A stretch of 53,143 nt of DNA from positions 1 through 53,143 of the IMG/VR virus record IMGVR_UViG_3300046028_008563; one strand, given 5' to 3'. The translations under genes and the position numbers were made by a program. Each line of letters begins with the position of its first letter. Position 1 is the first letter of the stretch. Under the pieces are notes generated by a model, which did no database searches, had not been told where the DNA came from, and saw only the letters and a list, made by a program, of their open reading frames with translations. Positions 28,457 to 36,713 of this stretch are shown in pieces. This DNA is from a virus (taxonomy: Duplodnaviria > Caudoviricetes).

Positions 28457-28803
28457 TCGATGTTCTCCGCTGCTCTCAGCTTGTTCCGCACCGTCTTCGC
28501 ACACACGTTGTATCTCGCCGCGATCACGTCCCATGTCTCACCCCGCGCCCGCGCCGCCCGCACCTCATCGAGCGGGAGATCCTTGCGAGGCTTGCCCCCT
28601 CTGCCCTCCCGCTCCTTGCGCGCCGCCTTGCGCTGCTCAAGCGTGAGCGGCGGTCTCAAGCTCTGGCGCCGCTGCTCACGGCTCATCTCCAGCTGGCGCA
28701 TCACGCGGCACACCTCATCGACCGTGACGCCCTGATCCCAGGCGATGTCGTCGATGGTCCAGCCGCTCGCCATCGCCTGCTTGACCACCTCAGCGGGGAG
28801 CAT
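28453..28803 (-). CDS. Double-HTH small protein
   Basis: GWTIDDIA and GETWDVIAARYNVCAKTVRN. Confidence 0.7.
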   Translation of the reverse strand: MLPAEVVKQAMASGWTIDDIAWDQGVTVDEVCRVMRQLEMSREQRRQSLRPPLTLEQRKAARKEREGRGGKPRKDLPLDEVRAARARGETWDVIAARYNVCAKTVRNKLRAAENIE

Positions 28804-29080
28804 CAGCCGCCCCCTTGACGAGCGCCATCAGGTCGCCCCCGCACGTCCCACCCTCGACGCACCACAGCTCATCCACGAGCGAGATCACCACCTGCTTGCG
28901 CTGCGGCCCCGCGACCACGATCCGCCACGCCGCCATGTCGAGCTGCATCAGCCGCACGCCTGCCACCTCCCCACACAGCAGCGCCCGCGCCGTCTCTTGG
29001 AGGTCTGCGCGCCTGTCACGCCGCAGCCTCGCCAGAGCGAGCGCGCCATCTGCTCTCTTCACCTGCTCACATGCGCTCAT
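28790..29080 (-). CDS. Hypothetical protein
   Basis: GAGGTG RBS; fills the operon. Confidence 0.55.
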   Translation of the reverse strand: MSACEQVKRADGALALARLRRDRRADLQETARALLCGEVAGVRLMQLDMAAWRIVVAGPQRKQVVISLVDELWCVEGGTCGGDLMALVKGAADAPR

Positions 29081-30545
29081 CGCTCACCTCCCATCCCCGG
29101 ATCACATAAGCAGGCCCGACCCACACAGGCTCGCCGCTCATCAGCAGGCCGCCCGCGTCACAGGCTATCAGGGTGCGCAGACAGCTCGCCCCGATAGCGC
29201 GGGCGGCGGGCGGCGGCACCGCATTGCCGATCCGCTTGATCCAGCCCTGCTTGGAGTTGCCATCGAGCTTGATCCAGCGCCCATCCTCGCCACAGGGCTC
29301 AAAGCCTTGCAGCGCGAACAGCTCGAGCGCGGTCAGCGGGCGGTGCCATGTCCCATCCTCCGCCTCGATGACAGCGTGGATCGGGCGCTTGTCCTCCAGT
29401 GCTGGCAGCGGCCCCGCGCCGTCCAGCTCCACAAGCGGCACCCTCGGATCTGCGCAGCTCGCCCAGCTGACGTCCACGTTTGCATGAGCGATGACCGCGT
29501 GAGCTGGATCCTGCCAGCCGTTCACCCCGTAGCCCCCATTCTGGCGCCCGCGGCGCGTCGCAAGCCGAGGGTCGGCAACCTGGAGCGCCGTGTTCTGGAT
29601 GCTGGCAGCGCCGATCACAGCGTGCGTCGGGCTCGCCCACCCCGTCACACCCAGCGCACCCTCACGACGGCTGCACACGCTGCGAGGGTCGCAGATCGCC
29701 CACATGCCATTGTCGATGCGCGCCTCGCCCACGACGGTCCCGCAAGCCGCCTGCCACCCATTGACCCCATACACACCCGAGCGAGGCGCACACGCGACGG
29801 CGACGCTCTCAGGCAGCGCCCGCCAGTCCTTGCCAGCGGGGATCAAGGCGAGCCGGATCCAGTTGAGCAGGCTCAAGCGCGGCAAGGCGTGCATCGCCCC
29901 GCCCTCGGCGCTGTGAGGCAGCGGCACGGGCAGCGCCTCCAGCACCTCCCCGATCCCGCGCACGCGCTGCATGGGCGGCTCATAGAGGAACTCCGGCACC
30001 TGTGCGCGGTGCCTCGCCACGCCGAGGAAGCGGCGGCGGTGCTGCGCGAGCCCGCCCAGCTCGCCGCAGTCGTGCGTCGTCTCCCTCCACGCGTACCCGT
30101 AGGAGGCGAACAGGGCGGCCAGATCATCAAGCCACTCCCTGCCCCGCGACTGGATGCGGGGCACGTTCTCAATCAGAATGAGCGGCGGCGGGCTGTCCTG
30201 CCACGCTTCCAACGCGAGCCAGATCCCCCGGAACGCCAGCGACGAGATCGCCTGGTACTCAGGCGTCACGCTCTGGGCTTGCGGCAGGCAGCCGGAGAAC
30301 GCGACGCACGGCGGCGAGCTGATCAGCACGTCAGGCCGCACGGGCGACAGGGCGCGCAGCTCATCCGGCGTCATCGTGGCGAGGTCTGCCACCGTCGCGG
30401 CGTCGCCGCAGATCGTCTCGTGGTCGCGGCAGGCGGCGGCGTCGAAGTCCACCGCGAAAGCCTGCTCAAGCCCCGCATCCTTGAACCCGCGAGACAGCCC
30501 GCCGAGGCCCGCAAACAGCACTCCGAACCTGTAAACTTTGCTCAT
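29067..30545 (-). CDS. DNA (cytosine-5) methyltransferase
   Basis: Motif I FAGLGG, IV SPPC, VI ENV, VIII Q.R.R, X IGNAVPP. Confidence 0.95.
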   Translation of the reverse strand: MSKVYRFGVLFAGLGGLSRGFKDAGLEQAFAVDFDAAACRDHETICGDAATVADLATMTPDELRALSPVRPDVLISSPPCVAFSGCLPQAQSVTPEYQAISSLAFRGIWLALEAWQDSPPPLILIENVPRIQSRGREWLDDLAALFASYGYAWRETTHDCGELGGLAQHRRRFLGVARHRAQVPEFLYEPPMQRVRGIGEVLEALPVPLPHSAEGGAMHALPRLSLLNWIRLALIPAGKDWRALPESVAVACAPRSGVYGVNGWQAACGTVVGEARIDNGMWAICDPRSVCSRREGALGVTGWASPTHAVIGAASIQNTALQVADPRLATRRGRQNGGYGVNGWQDPAHAVIAHANVDVSWASCADPRVPLVELDGAGPLPALEDKRPIHAVIEAEDGTWHRPLTALELFALQGFEPCGEDGRWIKLDGNSKQGWIKRIGNAVPPPAARAIGASCLRTLIACDAGGLLMSGEPVWVGPAYVIRGWEVSDERM

Positions 30546-30925
30546 CTCACCACCTCCACGCCCGCTGCCCGCCTTGCCTCTTCAAAAGCCCGCACCACCC
30601 CTTGCGACACGGACTCCCCATCCTCGGCATCCTCCAGCGGCCACACGGTGACGGTGGCCAGCCAGCCGCCGCCGCTGACCTGGTGTACTGAGCAGGTCGC
30701 CACGCCCTCGCGCTCCCCGCAGATCACCCCGTTCTTGTTGACCGCCCACCCCCACTGAGGGTGCCGCTCGCGGAGCTGGAGCAAGGCGGCGCGGATCTCC
30801 TTGCTGTGCGTGCTGCCCGTCCCGTAGCAGGCCGCGCAAGCCTCGCGGCGCACCACCTCATCACCCCAGAACTCATGCACCTCGCGGGTCTCCCCGCAGC
30901 CCTTGCAGGCGTCGCAGATGCTCAT
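30542..30925 (-). CDS. DnaJ-like zinc-finger protein
   Basis: CDACKGCG...CAACYGTG. Confidence 0.7.
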   Translation of the reverse strand: MSICDACKGCGETREVHEFWGDEVVRREACAACYGTGSTHSKEIRAALLQLRERHPQWGWAVNKNGVICGEREGVATCSVHQVSGGGWLATVTVWPLEDAEDGESVSQGVVRAFEEARRAAGVEVVR

Positions 30926-31434
30926 GTTGCCACCTCATCGAGCTGCACAGGCGGCGCATCCAGCGCCTCGATCATCGCCCACACCTCATCGCTCACCCGC
31001 ACCTGCCACAGCAGCTCGCCGTCGCGATCCTCCTGACACCACTCCAGCTCTGCGACCAGCGCTGCCTTGCTGCGCGGCTCGTACCAGTCCGGCCCCACGC
31101 CCGTCTCCGCCGCCCACTCGCTCACCAGCGCATCGATGCGCTCCGCGAGATCCTTGCGCTGCGCGTCGCTGATGGCGAGGTCGCTTGAGCCCACCGGGCC
31201 GTTGTCCCACCAATGCTCCGCAAGCATTTCAGGGACGCGGTAGCCGACGCGGGGCAGCTTCGCCTGGTCGCAGAAGTAGACCTCCAACTTGAGCGCGCCG
31301 CGATCTTCCACGTCCCAAGCGCGGTCCCAATTATACAACTCGATCATGCTCGCCACGGCCTCACAAGCCGTGGGGCTCACGGTCCCGCACTCATCGTCGG
31401 GCCAGCCGTTCAACTGCGCGATCCACATCCTCAT
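30922..31434 (-). CDS. Hypothetical protein
   Basis: GAGGAG RBS; coupled to downstream gene. Confidence 0.65.
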   Translation of the reverse strand: MRMWIAQLNGWPDDECGTVSPTACEAVASMIELYNWDRAWDVEDRGALKLEVYFCDQAKLPRVGYRVPEMLAEHWWDNGPVGSSDLAISDAQRKDLAERIDALVSEWAAETGVGPDWYEPRSKAALVAELEWCQEDRDGELLWQVRVSDEVWAMIEALDAPPVQLDEVAT

Positions 31435-31566
31435 CTCCTCTCACGGTACATAGCGGCCCGGCCTCTGCCGATCCTGGCGCCCTCGTAGCGCCTGCCGCTG
31501 GTCACTCCCCGGCGCGGTCGCGGGCCGCGCTGCCAGTCTGTGAGCTGGTCGGGGTGGGGGGTCAGG

Positions 31567-31809
31567 TCAAAACAGGGGCGGCATCGCCTCAAGTTCGCGC
31601 TCATCATCCTCAGTCCAGGCGCTGATCGCCTTCGGCGGCAGTGGCCCCAGCGACAACTCAACATCCTCATTATCCATCTCGATGGTGACGCGCTCTTGCT
31701 CGTTCACCGCCTTGATCGTCCAGCGCTGCCCTACAAACATCCCCATCTTCAAACCCTTGAGTATGGCATCGCTTAACCTACACTTATCGCCTACCTTGAA
31801 CTCGCTCAT
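31567..31809 (-). CDS. Small SH3/KOW-like protein
   Basis: MSEFKVGDK; AAGGAG RBS; lower GC. Confidence 0.6.
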   Translation of the reverse strand: MSEFKVGDKCRLSDAILKGLKMGMFVGQRWTIKAVNEQERVTIEMDNEDVELSLGPLPPKAISAWTEDDERELEAMPPLF

Positions 31810-31945
31810 CTCGTCTCTCCTTGTAGATACTCCACGACCATCACCACCACGAGCGCGAGGGCCACAGACCCGCACAGCATCAGCACCTCATGTGCCGTCC
31901 GCTGCGTCGCGCTCTCCGCTATCAGCAGGGCGCCTCCGATCTTCG

Positions 31946-32293
31946 TCACGCCCTCACCCCGATCCTCGCGAGCAGCGCATCAGCCACCGCCCGCCCACCG
32001 TTGCTCCCGCGCACCACAGGCGCGGGCGCCATCACCTCCGGCACATCCAGCTCGACGCGCCGCCCGCCATCCTGTGGAGCATCCCAGCGCACCACCGCGC
32101 CCTGCGCCGCATCATCCGGCACCATCACCCGCACCACTTCCCCATCCATCCCCTCGCAGAACACGACGCGCCCCCACCCCATCACTGCACAGCTCGCCCC
32201 GTGCGCCTCAAGCGCGCCGCACAACGCCAGCGCCTCACGACGGGGCACTTCTCTAATTCCAATGTGACGGTAACTTTGAAGTAGGCTTGCCAT
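31946..32293 (-). CDS. Hypothetical protein
   Basis: AGGAGGTG RBS. Confidence 0.6.
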   Translation of the reverse strand: MASLLQSYRHIGIREVPRREALALCGALEAHGASCAVMGWGRVVFCEGMDGEVVRVMVPDDAAQGAVVRWDAPQDGGRRVELDVPEVMAPAPVVRGSNGGRAVADALLARIGVRA

Positions 32294-32360
32294 AGCATCA
32301 CCTCCTGAATCGACATTAGCGGCTGGATGATCGCGTGTCCATAGGGGACTGGATTAAAAT

Positions 32361-32702
32361 TCAGCACCCACCATCAAAGGGCGGCTGGCGGCGGCCATGC
32401 CGATCAATGATCTGCTGACGATACTCGGCAAGCTGGCGGGCGTGCTGCTCGTGAGCCTCGGCGCGATCCGCCCAGATCTCAGCGCCCTCGACATCACCCC
32501 GCGCCTCGCAGCGCGTCGCGTTGCGCCTCGCGTGAGAGGCGAGGCGCGCCACGTCCGCCCGGTGCGCGTCGATGTCGGCGGCCATCACCTCCAAGCCGTG
32601 CGGGTGACACAGCAGATCGGCGAGCGCCTGCTGTACGCCCGCCTCGCGACGGCTCAACACTTCGACCACCTCAACCTCGACCACTTCACAATCGCTCATC
32701 AT
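32361..32702 (-). CDS. Hypothetical helical protein
   Basis: GAGG RBS; typical codon usage. Confidence 0.6.
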   Translation of the reverse strand: MMSDCEVVEVEVVEVLSRREAGVQQALADLLCHPHGLEVMAADIDAHRADVARLASHARRNATRCEARGDVEGAEIWADRAEAHEQHARQLAEYRQQIIDRHGRRQPPFDGGC

Positions 32703-32755
32703 ATCCTCGCCTTGTGCTGCCCGTCGCTCAACTCTTGCCGCCGCCGCCTGCCCTG

Positions 32756-33046
32756 TCACCCCAGAATCTTCTTGCACCAGCCCATGAACAGCTCCCCGAA
32801 CGACTCCTCATGCAGCCCCATCGGCACCGGGCGCGTATCGAGCGCCCCCGTCGCAGCCTTGAGCGCCGCCCGCTCACACGCCTCCTCGATGATCCGCTCC
32901 CGCTGCGCAGCGACACCGCGACGCATCACCTCAACCGCCGACTGCTCGGGCGCGGGCATCTTGAACTTCACGATGTCCCCAACCTGGAGAGCCTGAACCA
33001 CCTTGCGCTCATGCGCGCTGCGCTCGAACCCGTGACACTTCGCCAT
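32756..33046 (-). CDS. Hypothetical protein
   Basis: GAGGTG RBS before ATG at 33046. Confidence 0.6.
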   Translation of the reverse strand: MAKCHGFERSAHERKVVQALQVGDIVKFKMPAPEQSAVEVMRRGVAAQRERIIEEACERAALKAATGALDTRPVPMGLHEESFGELFMGWCKKILG

Positions 33047-33096
33047 CTCACACCTCATCTTGTCGTCTTGTCTGTGTGCGCCGCCATCAGCGGCAG

Positions 33097-33159
33097 GACC
33101 AGTGCGGGAGTTGAACCCGCTGCGCACCGTGCCTGACACACGGTGCGCCCTGTCTGGTC
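33097..33159 (-). ncRNA. tRNA-like element lacking a D-arm
   Basis: GACCAG/CTGGTC closing stem; 10-bp hairpin with 7-nt loop TGTCAGG; T-arm GCGGG-TTCAACT-CCCGC; intergenic. Confidence 0.6.
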
Positions 33160-33466
33160 AGTAGGGGAAGTCAGCGACGGGCGGCGCGGGCGGGGCGCTG
33201 TCCTCAACCCGGCGCATCTCGCCGAGGATGAACGCCGCCAACTCTGCGCACTGGACCTCGCGCTTGCTGTAGTCCAGCCCCGCCGTGGTGTGGGCGATCC
33301 ACAGACCCGGCTGGATCGCTGCATCAGCCGTGACCGAGCCGTTCGCGTGGTGCGTCGTGATGTGGCCGCACACCGCATTGAACCCGACAGACCAGCCGCG
33401 GCGACCAGCCATCATCTCCAGCGCCTCATCGATCACACCGTCAACCGCATCAAACTCGTACATCAC
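33158..33466 (-). CDS. Hypothetical protein (first gene of the leftward operon)
   Basis: GGAG RBS; downstream of the promoter at 33515-33543. Confidence 0.65.
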   Translation of the reverse strand: MMYEFDAVDGVIDEALEMMAGRRGWSVGFNAVCGHITTHHANGSVTADAAIQPGLWIAHTTAGLDYSKREVQCAELAAFILGEMRRVEDSAPPAPPVADFPY

Positions 33467-33514
33467 ACGCTCCGTCAGGTAGTTGCGGTGTGCGTCATCG
33501 CCACCGTGAGAATG

Positions 33515-33543
33515 ATAATAGCGCCTCCCCTCCCCTCAGTCAA
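33515..33543 (-). promoter_or_regulatory. Sigma70-type leftward promoter
   Basis: TTGACT-N17-TATTAT. Confidence 0.75.
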
Positions 33544-33544
33544 G

Positions 33545-33737
33545 CATTTTGCTAAACATTTTGCTAAAACTTTTGTGGTCAGGAAAGAGATCGTGACCAC
33601 GTTGAGGGGCAGGCAGGCGGCGGCGGCTCACTCGCTCGCATGCCGATCAGCTCCCATGCGCCTCTGACGGCTCATGCGGGGCTGGTGCGGGCCACACTGA
33701 ACATGCGTCTAAGCATCCTGCTAAGAATTGCGCTAGG
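33545..33737. repeat. Two clusters of phased 12-bp repeats (operator or parS candidates)
   Basis: CATTTTGCTAAA x2 at 33545-33568; CATGCGTCTAAG, CATCCTGCTAAG, AATTGCGCTAGG at 33702-33737. Confidence 0.6.
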
Positions 33738-33808
33738 CGTATTTACAAGCGCGCTGCTCATGTGGCAGGGCTTGTGGTGGTGGCATGGCCCGACACATGG
33801 AGGTCAAG

Positions 33809-34090
33809 ATGGGCGATCAAAGGCTGGAGACGATGACACAAGAAGACAAGCTGGAGCTGGCACGGGCGGTCACGAGGCTGCGCGAGTTCGTGGGGAAGTC
33901 GCAGAAGGACGTGGCAGAGGCAGCGGGCATCCCCCGCTCCACCTACACGAACATGGAGCGGTACGGCATGGGCTCGCCGGAGACCTTCACCAAAGCCCTC
34001 ACCGCGCTCAACACAGACCTTGACCGTGTGCGCGAGTGGTACGCGGGCGCCCAGCTCCTGACCAGCAAGGCGACGGGGACAGCGGGATGA
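33809..34090 (+). CDS. XRE-family HTH regulator (Cro/repressor-like)
   Basis: LREFVGKSQKDVAEAAGIPRSTYTNMER; at the divergence point; GGAGG RBS. Confidence 0.88.
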   Translation: MGDQRLETMTQEDKLELARAVTRLREFVGKSQKDVAEAAGIPRSTYTNMERYGMGSPETFTKALTALNTDLDRVREWYAGAQLLTSKATGTAG

Positions 34091-34839
34091 CCCACACCCT
34101 CGCCATAGCCACCCAGAAGGGCGGCAGCGGCAAGACAACCACGGCGGTCAACCTCGCCGCCGCGCTCGCAGCGGCGGGCCAGCGCGTGCTGCTCATCGAC
34201 CTTGACGGGCAGGCGAGCGCGAGCGCGTGGCTTGGCGCGTCCGCTCAGGACGGCGGCACCTTCGACGTGTTGGCCGGGGAGGCGGAGCTGGGGGCCGTGC
34301 TGACCACCCCGCTTGAGAGGCTGGACGTGTGCGCCGCCGACGCCCGCCTGTTCCGCCTTGACCGGGCGCTGGGTGGGGAGCCAGGGGCAGAGGCCATACT
34401 GCGCGCCGCGCTCGCCGCCGCCGCCCCCTCCCATGACTGGATCATCTGCGACTGCCCCCCGGCGCTGGGGCTCGCCACGACGCAAGCTCTCGTCGCGATG
34501 AGGCGCGTGCTTGTCCCGGTCGAACCCTCGGCGCTCGCCCTGCCCGGCGTGACGGAGCTGGACGCGGCGATCAAGCGCGTCCAGCGCATCGAGCAAGGCG
34601 TGCATGTGGGCGCGGTGGTGGTGGTGAGGGCAGACGCGAGGACGAAGATCACAGGCGAGGTCACAGACCAGCTCCGCGCCCATTGGGGTGAGCTTGTGTG
34701 CGCCACCCAGATCCGGGAGGACGTGAAGCTCAAGCAGGCGCCCGCCGCGCACCTCCCCGCCCATCTCTACGCCCCCGACTCGCGGGCCGCCGCCGACTAC
34801 GCAGCGCTCGCCGTCGAGCTCAAAGCGAGGTGGGCATGA
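34087..34839 (+). CDS. parA: ParA partition ATPase
   Basis: QKGGSGKTTT, LLIDLDGQ, IICDCPP. Confidence 0.95.
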   Translation: MTHTLAIATQKGGSGKTTTAVNLAAALAAAGQRVLLIDLDGQASASAWLGASAQDGGTFDVLAGEAELGAVLTTPLERLDVCAADARLFRLDRALGGEPGAEAILRAALAAAAPSHDWIICDCPPALGLATTQALVAMRRVLVPVEPSALALPGVTELDAAIKRVQRIEQGVHVGAVVVVRADARTKITGEVTDQLRAHWGELVCATQIREDVKLKQAPAAHLPAHLYAPDSRAAADYAALAVELKARWA

Positions 34840-35975
34840 GCGCCAAGAACATCATCACCCGCGCCCTGCCCGCGGACTATGTGGAGAGGTTGATCGAGCG
34901 GGCCAAGCCTGTGACGCGGGCCAACCCGTTCAGCGAGGGCAAGCTGGCGGCGGCAGGTGTCGAGGTGCCACTCGATGACATAACCCGTGATGAAACCTTG
35001 CAGCCCCGCGACGGGCTCAAGGATGCGCATGTGAGGGCGATCCAGACGGCGCTGGAGTCGGGGGTCGAGATGCCGCCCGTCGTGCTGTACCAGCTCGGCG
35101 ACACGCTCGCCCTGGTGGATGGCTGGCACCGCTTCGCAGCGCATCAGCGGGCGGGCAAGGTCAAGATCAGCGCCGACCTCTACGACGGCGACAGGGACGA
35201 CGCCATCGCTCACGCGGGCGCGGCGAACGTGGGGGACAAGCTCGGGCTCACGGCGAGCGAGCGGGTGAGCTTCCTGCTCGCGCTGCTCAAACTCCCCAAG
35301 TACCGCAAGCTGTCTGACCGGGCGCTGGCGAGGATGGTAGGCGTCGCCGCTGCGACCGTCGCCAAGTACAAGCGCCAGATCGATCAGGGCGCCGCTCAAA
35401 ATGAGCAGCCCGACACCCGTTCAGTATCGCTCGCCACCGCCGCCGCCGATCTCGAAGGGATCACACAGCATCCCGCGCCCGGTCGTGTCCTGCGCCGCTC
35501 CGAGGGCCGCGCCGATGAGATCCAGCCCCGACACGTCCAACCAGGTGAGGCGCTCACCGTGACGCAGATCGTACCGCCCGCGCCTCCCGAACCTGCTGTG
35601 CGCCACGTCGCGGCGTACACCTCGCGCAAGCGGGTGGTGGGGGTGGGCTGGCTGCGCGAGTGCGAAGACGACAAGATCGCGATCCTCTACTGCCCGGACC
35701 GCGTGCCTGTGGGTCTGACCGACTTCCTCCGATCCTCGCAGATCGTGGCAGGCGGCGCCGTCATCATCCCGCTTGAGCTGCACAGCGAGGGGACGTGGGC
35801 GGAGCTGGTCAAGCAGGGGCTCGCCCTCCTGTGGTGGGCGACCGGGCCGGGCGGGGAGGTGTGGCTTGTGTGGGGAGCGGGGCGCCCACCGCGAGGTGTG
35901 CCGTCGAGGGTGGGAGATCTGGGGGAGCTTATCAGCGCGCTCGATGCCGGGCGCGGGCTGCTTGTGGAGATATGA
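34836..35975 (+). CDS. ParB-like protein (ParB N-terminal domain + HTH)
   Basis: LQPR, PPVVL, LVDGWHRFAA, LSDRALARMVGV..TV; coupled to parA. Confidence 0.8.
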   Translation: MSAKNIITRALPADYVERLIERAKPVTRANPFSEGKLAAAGVEVPLDDITRDETLQPRDGLKDAHVRAIQTALESGVEMPPVVLYQLGDTLALVDGWHRFAAHQRAGKVKISADLYDGDRDDAIAHAGAANVGDKLGLTASERVSFLLALLKLPKYRKLSDRALARMVGVAAATVAKYKRQIDQGAAQNEQPDTRSVSLATAAADLEGITQHPAPGRVLRRSEGRADEIQPRHVQPGEALTVTQIVPPAPPEPAVRHVAAYTSRKRVVGVGWLRECEDDKIAILYCPDRVPVGLTDFLRSSQIVAGGAVIIPLELHSEGTWAELVKQGLALLWWATGPGGEVWLVWGAGRPPRGVPSRVGDLGELISALDAGRGLLVEI

Positions 35976-36029
35976 AAAATGCTGATGTCCGCCGATACCA
36001 CTAGACAACTGTTCAAGGAGACCGCTACC

Positions 36030-36593
36030 ATGCCGAAGCCTACCACACAACCTGCCATCCCAAAGCAGGCGGCGGGCGCAAAAAACAACCCCCCGGCATC
36101 TGTGGAAGGAGGCGGGGGGTTGTCGTCGAGGTCCGATCACGAACCCAAACACGAGGTGAACTTACCCGCCAACGAACCAAAGCACAACGAACATTTTGAT
36201 CGTGGGGAGACCGAAAACTCTCTTGGCCAAGAAAGGCGAGAGCCCCAAGACCGCTACAGTCCGGGGCTCTCTGACCACTCCAGGGTCAACGAGGGAGAGT
36301 TTAGTCTCGACCAGTGGTCGCGTCAAGTGTTCAGTGCACGAATTGACGCGACCAGCAAGCTCCTCTTGCTCGCCATGGGCCAGCTCGCAGACACCAGCGG
36401 CGTCTGTTGGCCGACGCAGGCGACGCTCGCGCACATGCTCAACTCCGGCCGCGGCACCGTGATCAGCGCCATCACCCGCATGGAACAAGCGGGGTGGCTT
36501 CTTGTAGATAGGGACAGGACCGCGCAGGGGCACAAGCTCCATCACTACATACTGTTACCGCTCATCAACGACGAGAGCCATGTTCAAAAATAG
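36030..36593 (+). CDS. Winged-HTH protein of replication-initiator type (start uncertain)
   Basis: KLLLLAM..LAD..GVCWPTQATLA......RGTV..AI..MEQAGWL. Confidence 0.7.
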   Translation: MPKPTTQPAIPKQAAGAKNNPPASVEGGGGLSSRSDHEPKHEVNLPANEPKHNEHFDRGETENSLGQERREPQDRYSPGLSDHSRVNEGEFSLDQWSRQVFSARIDATSKLLLLAMGQLADTSGVCWPTQATLAHMLNSGRGTVISAITRMEQAGWLLVDRDRTAQGHKLHHYILLPLINDESHVQK

Positions 36594-36607
36594 TACACAC
36601 CTATTCG

Positions 36608-36636
36608 TTGACAGAACATGGCCAACCCCCTACACT
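36608..36636 (+). promoter_or_regulatory. Sigma70-type promoter for the replication operon
   Basis: TTGACA-N17-TACACT, overlapped by the inverted repeat GCCATGTTC/GAACATGGC. Confidence 0.78.
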
Positions 36637-36713
36637 GACTCTCGCGGTTGAACCTACGCTACCCGGCATCGCCGGTGGTTCCTCCGAGCGACAAAGACAC
36701 TCCAAGGATCAAC

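Noticed and set aside
28815-30758. 647-aa plus-strand ORF and other long antisense ORFs (e.g. 4356-6134, 18568-20004, 40547-41950)
   Set aside because: Shadow frames of well-supported genes in high-GC DNA; no motifs or RBS
33097-33159. Functional UGA-suppressor or Sec tRNA implying genome recoding
   Set aside because: No D-arm, and genes end normally at TGA with ATGA/GTGA overlaps, without fragmentation of conserved proteins
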